A DNA stretch of 64,000 bases from Octopus sinensis (lineage: Eukaryota), in NCBI RefSeq assembly GCF_006345805.1, contig NW_021834018.1, positions 1 to 64,000 on the forward strand, in the 5' to 3' direction. This document shows, in pieces, positions 52,219 through 63,556 of the stretch. The notes under the pieces were generated by a model, which worked only from the letters and a program-made list of their open reading frames with translations, had not been told where the DNA came from and searched no databases. The first letter of the stretch is position 1. Each line of letters begins with the position of its first letter. Made by a program: the position numbers and the translations under genes.

Positions 52219-52581
52219 CACTACTACCATTACTACTACTACTACTACTACTACAACCACTACCACAAATACTACTACTACTACTGCTGCTGCTACTACT
52301 ACTATTACTACAACTACTACTACTACTACTACTGCTACTACTGCTGATGCTACTACTACTACTACTACTACTACTGCTGCTACTGCTGCTACTACTACTA
52401 CTACCTCAACTACAGTAGTAGTAGTAGTAGTAGTAGTAGCAGCAGCATTAGTAATACTACTAGTAGTAGTAGCAGCAACAATACTACGAAGCAATAGTAG
52501 CAATAACAATAGCAGTGGAAACGGCAGTTGCAGCAGCAGCAGCAGTATTATTATTATTATTACTATTATTATTATTATTAT

Positions 52582-52612
<31 letters not shown>

Positions 52613-52690
52613 TGTGTTGCTGGTGGTGGTGGTGGTGGTGGTGGTAGTAGTAGTAGTGGGAGTAGTAGTAGTAGTAGTAGTAGTAGTCGA
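52140..52690. repeat. Compound (CCA)n/(CTA)n/(CTG)n then (TAG)n/(GTG)n trinucleotide repeat
   Basis: Direct reading. Confidence 0.95.
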
Positions 52691-53011
52691 CATCTATTAC
52701 ATTTAGTCATTATAAACCGGTGAAGGAACAATCATCAGTCAGAGAATCAATTTCGGATTTATTAATATTTTATATCTGTCAACGTCAGCCAATGTAATTT
52801 AAAGATTCCACTGCCCACATATATGTTGCCAACATCATCATGTAATGTATAATTTATGAGAAAATTGAACGAAACTTTGGCTATATTTAGTAAAATGATA
52901 TATGAAAATGTTCATAAATAAAAGAATTGTTGAATTATAAATGATTTAACAACTTATACTGAAAGCTGCTACGAAATAAAATACTGGATGAAAAAGGAAG
53001 TTGTTGGAGAT

Positions 53012-53063
<52 letters not shown>

Positions 53064-53396
53064 AGAAAGAGAGAGAGAACATTTTTGAGTGTGGGGCGTA
53101 GTTTGAATATTTGATTATTCAAATACCTCAATTAGGATGTGTTGATAATTCGTATAAAAGAGGTAGTAGTAGTAGTAGTAGTAGTAGTAGCTGTTGTTGT
53201 TGTATTTGTTGTGGTTGTCGTTTAACTCAGTTCTAAGGTGAGCTCCGTCTGGTCCAGAAGACCTAAAGAGCAAACGAGTAAAAACTGCATAAGACGTGAC
53301 GTCTGTACTATATTGCTAAAATTATTGGGCCTGGATGTGCCTATGGGTCAGTGTATGTCTCTAGCGTAGTCTGTGGGGGTTCTGTGTTTCTTTCTT

Positions 53397-53432
<36 letters not shown>

Positions 53433-53581
53433 TCTTTCTCTCTCCTTCTCTCTCTGTGAGCGTGCGTGTGAGGGCTTGCTGATAGATATAACCAAAATGA
53501 AAGGAACAGAAAACCAGAAAATTCCTGAAAATAAATAAAATAAAACTTCCAAAAGAAATCATAATAGTATATTGTATTGTA

Positions 53582-53650
<69 letters not shown>

Positions 53651-53696
53651 GTCTGACTGTGTGTCTATCTGTGTGTCTGTCTGTCTGTCTGTCTAG

Positions 53697-53900
53697 CACG
53701 CCGGTCGAAACGCCTAGCCGTAATCGTCTGTCGCTACGTTCTGAGTTCGAATTCCGCCGAGGTCGACATTGCCTTTCATCCTTTCGGGGTCGATAAATTA
53801 AGTACCAGTTACGCACTGGGGTCGATATAATCGACTTAATCCGTTTGTCTGTCCTTGTTTGTCCCCTCTGTGTTTAGCCCCTTGTGGGTAGTAAAGAAAT
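53697..53900 (+). mobile_element. SINE family B
   Basis: Match to the family B body and tail. Confidence 0.85.
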
Positions 53901-54896
53901 CTATCTATCTTTCTGTCTGTCAATCTATCTACCAACATATATATATATATATATCAGTTTGACTGTCTATCTATACGTGTATACACACACATATGTATAT
54001 ATATATATGTGTATGTATGCGTGTGTGTGTGTGCATATATACACAGAGAGCGAAAGAGCGAGATGTATATATATATATGCTTGTCCGACGTATGTATGTA
54101 CAAGCGTTATGTTGTTTCAATAGTTTATTCCTTCCGCCTTCGTGTTCGAGAATGCTATGCACCTACTCTCTCCTTTACAAATATGTTTGGTTCCAAACGA
54201 AGGTTACGTAACTCTTTCAAATATCAACGATTTGGTATTGAAATTATTAATTGGCTAAATCAGTAGACATACTGTAGTCTAATGGTTACCTGTGCTTTGC
54301 AACCAACGCGCTACGAGATCGAACGCACTGCATTCCATCTTCAGCAAATAACAGTTTCTATATTTTCACCTGGATTTATACGTTGTGAAGAATAGTGGGT
54401 AGATGGAAACTGCATAGAACCCTACCAGAAGGGATTTTACTTGCAATTTCAAAGGTTTATATATTCCTCACGTACTTCTCTTTGACTTTTTACTGAGAAA
54501 TTAAGTTAAGGTTACATACAAAAGCTTCTGGGAAACTTATCCATCTGCAGAAAATTCAGGAGCAGATAATTCAGTTGTTCCTCAAGCGCAGAACTGCTCC
54601 TCGTCGAAAGGAGAAGAGGATTTGTCCATACGCATAGCTGACAAAGCTACACACTTCTACATAATTATGGATGCATTATACATGAAAAAACATTAAGAAG
54701 ATTGAAAGCCATGCCATGTGTGTCTGCGGGCTAAAGGCAATTATGGGATCGAGTTTCACTAATTTGTGTAATAACGACAATAAATAAACACAACGTACCA
54801 TCACAATATAAGCTTTCTTTATATCAGCCACCTAGACACAGTCAGGTAGTGTATATATATATATATATATATATATACAGATAGAAAGTTTTCTCT

Positions 54897-54977
<81 letters not shown>

Positions 54978-55066
54978 GTATGTATGTATGTATATTTATA
55001 TATATATATATACATATACACACAAACACATACACACACACATATATATACATGTATATATATATG

Positions 55067-55097
<31 letters not shown>

Positions 55098-55105
55098 GTG
55101 GGTGT

Positions 55106-55147
<42 letters not shown>

Positions 55148-55309
55148 GTGAGTGCGTGTGTCTTGTGCGTGCGTCCCTGTGCGTGCGTGTATGTGTGTGT
55201 GTGGTGTGTGCGTGTATATACACACATTGTAGAAATAAACGAACATGAAAATACAAAGAGCATATAGGAAGCCTTATTTTACATTTTTTGCTTATGTGCT
55301 AAGAAATTT

Positions 55310-55660
55310 GCTTGTCAACAACATGGATCCAGTTTCAGTCCCACTGCGTGGAACCTTCGACAAGTGTCTGCTTATACACACACACACAAACCACACACAC
55401 ACACAAACACACACACCCATACACACACACACACACGCACACATATACACATCTATATCTGTATATATATGTGTTTGTTTGTGTCTGTATTTGTTTCCCC
55501 ACCACCGCTTGACAGACGATGTTGGTGTGTTTTCGTCCCAGTAACTTATCTGGTTGGCAAAAAAGACAGTTAGTGTAAGTACACCGCTTAGACAATAAGT
55601 CTTGGTGTTGATTCATTCGATTAAAACCACCTTCCGAGATGGTGCCCCAGCATGGCTGTA
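55310..55660 (+). mobile_element. SINE family A, degenerate
   Basis: Head fragment, microsatellite and tail match. Confidence 0.7.
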
Positions 55661-55932
55661 ATCAACTATAATCTTATTTAACCCAGTTATGGTGACATTT
55701 TTGTGTTAAATATATTATTTTAGTAAATGATTAAGTAATTTTAACGAAAATTTGGTGAGTATTATTAAAAAATAATGTTACTATCAAACTGTCTGGAGTG
55801 AACATTTGTTATAATAAATGCAGTTAGAAACTGTTGGAAACTGCAAGGGAATAAAAATAATTATTTAGTTCGTAAATTTTCGCATCATCCGTTTAAATAT
55901 GTTGTGTTTACAGAATAAATACAAATAAACAG

Positions 55933-55995
<63 letters not shown>

Positions 55996-56309
55996 CAGAC
56001 AGAGAGAGACAGAGAGAGAGAGAGACCAGTCGTTGGATATGTAGGCGTGTGTGTGCGTCTCTGCACGTACGCGAGTGTGTTAAATGAAATAAACTAACGA
56101 TTCCCAGCCTGACACACACACATGAGGTAAGGTGAAGAGGGCTTAATGAAAATCCAGTGGAAATAAAATGAACATAACTGAAATTTGCGTTATAATAAAC
56201 TTAAAAGAAAGGTATGAACCAATTTCATGAACAAAGATTTTTATATAATCAAGAATAGCATCGATTGTGAACGGTGTATCGTATATTACTGATGTATTTT
56301 ATAACATAT

Positions 56310-56930
56310 TCATTCATGGTTCATATTTTTTCATAAACGAATTTTCTTCATCCATTCAGGTTTCGTCTGCGGTATTAACTGCACATTGATAAAGTGGGAA
56401 GACTGAGAATTTGGCAGATTTCGTTGCTGCGCATATGTCCAAATGTCTACTGAGTGGAATTTGTCTAGTACCGGGGTCACATATTTGTTGTCGATGAATT
56501 GTTAATCTCTGTCTTAATATGAGTGAGTTTGGTTTGTCCAGTGTAATTTTGTCCATCGCTGCATCCATTACATTTGAATGGATATATTAAAATTTTTGAA
56601 GAGCAAGTAAGAGGTTTTTCGTAGTATTCAAAGTTACATGATGTGTCTCGAATAATATTGGTACACGCTCCACATTTAGATTGGCCACATTTTTTAACTG
56701 TTTGAGCAGAGTCTGTAGCTGGTAGTTTTGCCTTCTTAAGCAATTTGTTTTAGCGATTCTACGTTTGATTACATTGCTTGTTTGAAGTCTCGTTTTCATT
56801 CCTAGGTCTTGACTCTGCATCTGTGTCTTCTAATGGATAATACCAAATATTTCTGTGTTTCTTGAGTTATGCGTTGTAATTAAAAATAGTTTTGGGTGAA
56901 TCTGAACTGTTTTTGTTCGTTTAAACGCTT
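56310..56930 (-). mobile_element. Penelope-like element C-terminal relic (linker + GIY-YIG endonuclease), frameshifted
   Basis: ITTHNSRNTEIFGII / KKCGQSKCGAC / LTCSSK.LIYPFKCNGC..NYTGQTK / LRQRLTIHRQQICDP..IPLSRHLDICA..KFSVFPLY / ENSFMKKYEP. Confidence 0.85.
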
Positions 56931-57642
56931 CAAGGCAGTGCTGTAGCTTGGCCACAGTACAATGCCTGAAAGAAGTAAAAGATAGAAGATAAAAGAGATG
57001 CAGCAGAAGGGAAAGAAGAAAGAGAAACGAAAGAAGAATGAGAAGAAGAAGAAGAAGAAGAAGAAGAAGAAGAATAAGAAGAAGAATGACAACAACAACA
57101 GCAACAACTAGAAGTAAGTGGAGAAGGGCGGTGGGCGGCATTATGATTGCACATTTTTACTAAGAGAGAGAGAAACTAATGAATTTTGAATTTTACAAAT
57201 ATATTGAGGTATGTACGCGGTCACATTAAGCAGGATTCATTAAAATGCCATATTGCATTAATTAACCAGATATTTATAATGCCTCAAATACCAAAACACT
57301 GGATGTCATAAAGAATAATGAGCAATAGTTGGAATTTCAAACTCCTGCTAATTGTAATGCCTTTGAGAAAGTCAAAAATTCTGGGTAGAAAGTAAAGGCG
57401 TTGTGTTTTGTTCCATTGTTAATTATGCTGGGAAAAAACAAACAATTGCTGTCCGTTTCTTTTCTTCATATGTAATGTTTTGAAGTCGGCCAGCTGGCAG
57501 ACGATAAAATACTTAGCGATGGTTCTTCCGGTTTTACATTGTGAGCTGAAATTCCATTGCGGATAATGACTTTGGCTTTTCGGATCGATAATATAAATAC
57601 TAGGGTCGATACAACCGATAAGTCTTTCGCACATACTTCCCT

Positions 57643-57945
57643 GTGGAGGCACATGGCCTAGTGGTTAGAGAAGCGGACTCGCGGTCGAGGGATCGCGGGT
57701 TCGAATCTCAGACCAAGTGATGTGCGTGTTTATGAGCGAAACACCTAAGCTCCAGGTGGTTCAGGCAGAAGGTAATGGCGAACTTCTGCTGACTCTTTCG
57801 CCACAACTTTCTCTCACTCTTTCCTCCTGCGTCTTGTAGCTCACCTGCGATGGACCGGCGTCCCGTCCAGGTGGGAAACCTATATGCCAAGGAAACCGGG
57901 AAACCAGCCTTTATCAGCCAGGCATGGCCCGAGAAGGAACAAACA
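57643..57945 (+). mobile_element. SINE family C head/body with tail T2
   Basis: Head and body as in family C, then cctgcgatggaccggcgtcccgtccagg...ggaaaccgggaaacc...gagaaggaac. Confidence 0.8.
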
Positions 57946-58445
57946 TACATCCCTCCCCCAGACGTACAAATATTTCAGGCCTTCTGCCTATAGTGGAAAC
58001 AAAATCGTATTTGCATAATGGATTCTGATTTTGGAACAAGGTTGCCATTTTGGAAGAGATGAGTTGGTCAATACCATCCACCCCAGTACTTGACTGGTAC
58101 ATCATTTTATCGAATGTGAAAGAATGAAATGCAAAATTTGGCTTTTGTAAGTCACTCCACTGTTTAATTTAATAAATAAAGAAGTGGTAACTATTTGCTG
58201 CATTGGCTAGTATTGAACCAAAATTAGGATTAATGATAATATGTATTATGATCTTAGAGAATCTATGTGGCTCAATGTTGATAATATAGGCGCAGTCAAG
58301 GTTGCAGCATTGATAAGCATCAGTGCAACCACGTGCACGGCACATTGGGCATTAGTGAAGCTCCGGGCTAACAAAACATTTTGTGATTGATTTTTGGATA
58401 TGAAAACTGTGAGGAAGCCCGCGATATGAATATATATCTTATCGC

Positions 58446-58817
58446 GGCACTCCGTCGGTTAGGATGTCGAGGGTTCCAGGTGATCCGATCAACGGAACAG
58501 CCTGCTCGTGAAATTGACGTGCAAGTTGCTGAGCACTCCACAGACATGTGTACCCTTAACGTAGTTCTCGGGGAGATTCAGCGTGACTTAGAGTGTGACA
58601 AGGTTGACTCTTTCATATACAGGTACAACAGGAAACATAAAGAAAGAGTGAGAGATAGTTGTGGTAAAATAGTACAGCAGGGTTCGCCACCACAAACCCT
58701 GCCGGACGGAGCCTCATGGAGCTTTAAGAGTGCTTTCGCTCAATAAACACTCACAACGCTCGGTCTGGGAATCCTACGACCGCAAGCCCGCTGTCCTAAC
58801 CACTGGGCCATTGCGCT
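58446..58817 (-). mobile_element. SINE family C with tail T1
   Basis: Reverse-complement match. Confidence 0.85.
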
Positions 58818-59324
58818 TACGTATATCTTACATATTACACATGGATATTATACATATACACATTATATATATATATATAAATTGTCAGGCAGAGAAACAG
58901 ATACATATTCATACATACTTAAATATACACATATACACATAGAGTATATTTAATATAAACATACACATAAAGGAAACAATATTCAAGGTACGACAACTTG
59001 TGTTGCATTGTATTGAAATGAAGAACGTGTCTAGTTTAAACATAGATAAGGATTGATGTGTGAAGGTTTGAACAGGAAGTGTGGCCCTTTAAGTTCGGAG
59101 GTTAAGTCAAAAGCACGGATGTGGGGTGATGTATAGTACCAAAATTGTTTTTAGAAAATGACAAAAACACTTTCGCTTCAATCGACAAGAGAACAATAGG
59201 AAAAAGATATTCAGCAAGAGATTAGTAAAGAAATTAAATACCTACACACATAAACACGCACAAGCACGCACGTGCATACGCATACATACAAGTATACGCA
59301 TACACACGTACATATATATATAGC

Positions 59325-59356
<32 letters not shown>

Positions 59357-59576
59357 GCTCACTAATATATACACATATACACGACGTTTCATCCCTCGAC
59401 ACAAAACAAAAATTTACTGGCACACAAGCGCATACGTTACTCATACACATACACACACATACACACAGATATTTATCGTATGTACACACGCACAAACACC
59501 TGTCACAGAATTAATGATGATGACGACGATGATGTTGATGATGGTGTTGATAATAATAATAATAATGATAATAATG

Positions 59577-59670
<94 letters not shown>

Positions 59671-59684
59671 AACAACAACAACAC

Positions 59685-59768
<84 letters not shown>

Positions 59769-59786
59769 TAATAATAATAATAATAA

Positions 59787-59980
59787 TCCTTTCTATTATA
59801 GGTACAAGGGTTGAAATTTGGAGGAGAGGATAGTCGATGTTATCGACCTCAGTACTCAACTGGTATTTAATTTATCGACCCCGAAACGATGATAGGCAAA
59901 GTCGACCTTGGCGGAATTTGAACTCAGAACGTCAAGACATTTTGTCCAGCGTGCTAATGATTCTTTCAGCTCGCCGCCTT
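59787..59980 (-). mobile_element. SINE family B variant
   Basis: atcgacc...aactggta...atcgaccccgaa...ggcggaatttgaactcagaacg match. Confidence 0.75.
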
Positions 59981-60364
59981 AATAATAATAAGAAGAATTC
60001 TTTCTTTTATAGGCACTAGGCCTGAAATCTGTGGGAGGGGGCTTGTCAATTACATCGACCCCAGAACTCGATTGGTACTTAATTTAGCGACCTCGAAATG
60101 ATGGAAGTCGACATTGAATACAACAGTATTTACAGGATACCGGAGATATGCAATTAGCAATTCCCGTTGGAATCAAAAGATCTCACTCTGTGTGGCGTAA
60201 GAATAAAAAGCAAACAAAAATGGCGCTTAAAATTTACGACAGCGTTTTTGGGAGAAATTTTATTCATTTAATTGTGATATAAAACATTACAGAAAAATAT
60301 ACAATCCACCGTCATCACACTATTCTATATTTTGGGGATGATAAATTATTATGTACATTCTCTT

Positions 60365-60606
60365 TTACACTTTTACTCGTTTCAACCAGAACTTATTATA
60401 TCGCCCGCTTTTGACAAACCACTAAATTGCGGGGAGGTGAACACACCAACGTCGGTTGTCAAGTAATGGTGGAGGGACAAACACAAACATACAAACTCAT
60501 ACACACACACACACGCACACATATACATATATATATATATACATACATACATGCATACATACATACATACATACACACACATATATATATATATACATAC
60601 ATATAT

Positions 60607-60655
<49 letters not shown>

Positions 60656-60666
60656 CATACATATAT

Positions 60667-60717
<51 letters not shown>

Positions 60718-60740
60718 CGATGGACTTCTTTCAGTTTCCG
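60365..60740 (-). mobile_element. SINE family A partial copy with expanded internal microsatellite
   Basis: Flanks match family A; about 240 bp of (TA)/(CA)/(CATA) repeats inside. Confidence 0.75.
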
Positions 60741-61292
60741 TCTAAAAATTCTTGGAAGAGGTGCCCCAGCATGGCCACTGAAACAAATAAAATGACAAAA
60801 GATAAAAGATATGGTGTTGTCGACACCGGGAAGCTGGAAATGTTAAAACCAGAGTCCAGAGGTTAAGAAAAGGTTTTAAAATCGCATCATCCACTTACGT
60901 GAAACTTGGGTACAATTGGATTGTCAAACTCACGTTGCACCGCGGTAAAGACAAGGCACAGCGTTAAACTTACGCTGACTTCTGGTATGTTTATGTTCGT
61001 TGCCTGCTTTGTATTTTTCGGCTATAATTTAAGATTTTCATATACAACTCGAGCGATTTGAGAAATTTTATCGTCAAACTGGAAAAAAACATTGCAAGAC
61101 AGATAGAACAACGAGGCTGTATATTAAAACATACACATACACATACACACACACGTACACGCACACTCACACACTCATATACATATACATATATCGATAT
61201 ATAATTAGGCCAACACGTCGCAGCCTTTGAGCTAAAACGCATAAAAGCATAAAAAGGAACTTATCTCTCTCTCCCCCTCTCTCTCTCTATAA

Positions 61293-61333
<41 letters not shown>

Positions 61334-61540
61334 GATAAATATCAAAGTGAGTTATATACAGTAGCGGTAACACATCGTGACGTATATTTGCCATTTCAAT
61401 ATGGCTACCCCTAAGGGTGGATGCTACTGTAGATTTTAGCCCCAGGAGGACACACTCCTCCAGCTGGCCATAGACACACTTTCTGTGTCCTGTCAGTATT
61501 TGCAAAGGGAAGTCATCCTTCCCGTCTTCAACTTATGATA

Positions 61541-61585
61541 CACACGGACTCGAGTTTCGAGGTATTGACCTCTCGTCAGCGTGTG
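61541..61585 (-). ncRNA. Minimal type I hammerhead ribozyme (inverted copy)
   Basis: Reverse complement of the motif at 61862-61906. Confidence 0.85.
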
Positions 61586-61861
61586 ACAATCATAGTTGTC
61601 GCCGAGAATTAGATTTCCTTCACAAATACTTATACTTTTTCCAGCGTCCACTGTCGCTGATATTGAAAAAGTGAAATCAAACAATGATAAATATCAAAGT
61701 GAGTTATATAACTCACTTTGATATTATAACTAACTGTATATAACTCACTTTGATATTTATCATTGTTTGATTTCACTTTTTCAATATCAGCGACAGTGGA
61801 CGCTGGAAAAAGTATAAGTATTTGTGAAGGAAATCTAATTCTCGGCGACAACTATGATTGT

Positions 61862-61906
61862 CACACGCTGACGAGAGGTCAATACCTCGAAACTCGAGTC
61901 CGTGTG
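61862..61906 (+). ncRNA. Minimal type I hammerhead ribozyme
   Basis: cacacg CTGACGA gagg-tcaata-cctc GAAA C-tcga-GTC cgtgtg: 6-bp helix I, 4-bp helix II, 2-bp helix III with palindromic UCGA loop, GUC site (cleavage after 61900). Confidence 0.9.
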
Positions 61907-62213
61907 TATCATAAGTTGAAGACGGGAAGGATGACTTCCCTTTGCAAATACTGACAGGACACAGAAATTGTGTCTATGGCCAGCTGGAGGAGTGTGTCCT
62001 CCTGGGGCTAAAAACTACAGTAGCATCCACCCTTAGGGGTAGCCATATTGAAATGGCAAATATACGTCACGATGTGTTACCGCTACTGTATATAACTCAC
62101 TTTGATATTTATCATTGTTTGATTTCACTTTTTCAATATCAGCGACAGTGGACGCTGGAAAAAGTGTAAGTATTTGTGAAGGAAATCTAATTCTCGGCGA
62201 CAACTATGATTGT

Positions 62214-62258
62214 CACACGCTGACGAGAGGTCAATACCTCGAAACTCGAGTCCGTGTG
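62214..62258 (+). ncRNA. Minimal type I hammerhead ribozyme (second tandem copy)
   Basis: Identical motif 352 nt downstream; cleavage after 62252. Confidence 0.9.
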
Positions 62259-62469
62259 TATCATAAGTTGAAGACGGGAAGGATGACTTCCCTTTGCAAA
62301 TACTGACAGGACACAGAGAGTGTGTCTATGGCCAGCTGGAGGAGTGTGTCCTCCTGGGGCTAAAAACTACAGTAGCATCCACCCTTAGGGGTAGCCATAT
62401 TGAAATGGCAAATATACGTCACGATATATATATATATATATATATATTCGCCAAGCTGGAACGCTGAAA

Positions 62470-62640
62470 TCTAAAAGGATTTTTTCATTCTCTCTCTGTT
62501 TATTTTCACTTATTCCATTCTGCCGAAGAGCGTAGGCTCGAAACGTAAAAGACTTCTTCATTTTCTCAAGCGTCAGAATAATACACTTGTTTGTTGTTTA
62601 CACATCTACCTTTGTCCTTTCTTTTCCTATAACTATCAAC
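62470..62640 (+). mobile_element. PLE terminal-repeat-like fragment with a variant hammerhead
   Basis: CTGCCGA a gagc-gtag-gctc GAAA cgta aaag at 62520-62551; same family as 47050-47200. Confidence 0.55.
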
Positions 62641-62678
62641 TATACATACTTATATACACACACACATACATACATACA

Positions 62679-62714
<36 letters not shown>

Positions 62715-62745
62715 TTATATATACATATGCATGTATATATGTGTA

Positions 62746-63130
62746 GTGGAGGCGCAATGGCCCAGTGGTTAGGGCAGCGGACTCGCGGTCATAGGATCGC
62801 AGTTTCGATTTCCAGACCGGGCGTTGTGAGTGTTTATTGAGCGAAAACACCTAAAGCCCCACGAGGCTCCGGCAGGGGTTGGTGGTGATCCCTGCTGTAC
62901 TCTTTCACCACAACTTTCTCTCACTCTTACTTCCTGTTTCTGTTGTACCTGTATTTCAAGGGGCCGGCCTGGTCACTCTCTGTGTCACGCTGAATATCCC
63001 CGAGAATTACGTTAAGGTTACACGTGTCTATGGAGTGCTCAGTCACTTACACGTTAATTTCACGAACAGGCTGTTCCGTTGATTTGGGATCAACCGGAAT
63101 TCTCGTCGTCGTAACCGACGCAGTGCTTCC
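62746..63130 (+). mobile_element. SINE family C with tail T1, full length
   Basis: Close match to 14126-14510. Confidence 0.9.
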
Positions 63131-63494
63131 TTCCATATATGTGTATATATATAAAACAGAGCTAATAGTGAGGGATTATCAATCCGGGCAAAATACTTCA
63201 TAAACTCTCTGCTGGCAAAACCAAGTTAAGAATATTACTCAAATTCTTGAAGAACTATTCTTATGGCAGGCTCCGAGGTTATGGTTCATCACAATTCTAT
63301 ATTGTAAATCTGTGTTTGGGCTCCAGTCAGACTGGTTTTTCCACAGAGTGATATATAAATAAGGCAAAGTATAAATTAATAATCATTACGGATTTTTCCT
63401 TTATTACAAGAAATTCTGCTCTAATAAAGAAAAAAAACATTTAATGAGCATTATACTTACATTTCGTCTTATATACATACATACACACACACAC

Positions 63495-63556
<62 letters not shown>

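Larger units (their letters stand above)
61331..62425. mobile_element. Retrozyme-like array: 352-bp hammerhead-bearing unit, one inverted plus two tandem copies
   Basis: Left arm 61331-61710 is the reverse complement of 61737-62116; 61737-62425 is about 2 tandem copies with period 352; both ends lie in (TA)n. Confidence 0.85.

Noticed and set aside
54500-54700. 63-codon plus-strand open frame (KVTYKSFWETY...DLSIRIADKATHF)
   Set aside because: It faintly resembles a decayed RTE-type RT C-terminus, but is too weak to call as either exon or TE.
61763-62306. Repeated 63-aa ORF MFDFTFSISAT...
   Set aside because: It is an incidental frame of the 352-bp ribozyme unit, with no protein motifs. A 352-nt circle is not a multiple of 3 and contains stops.
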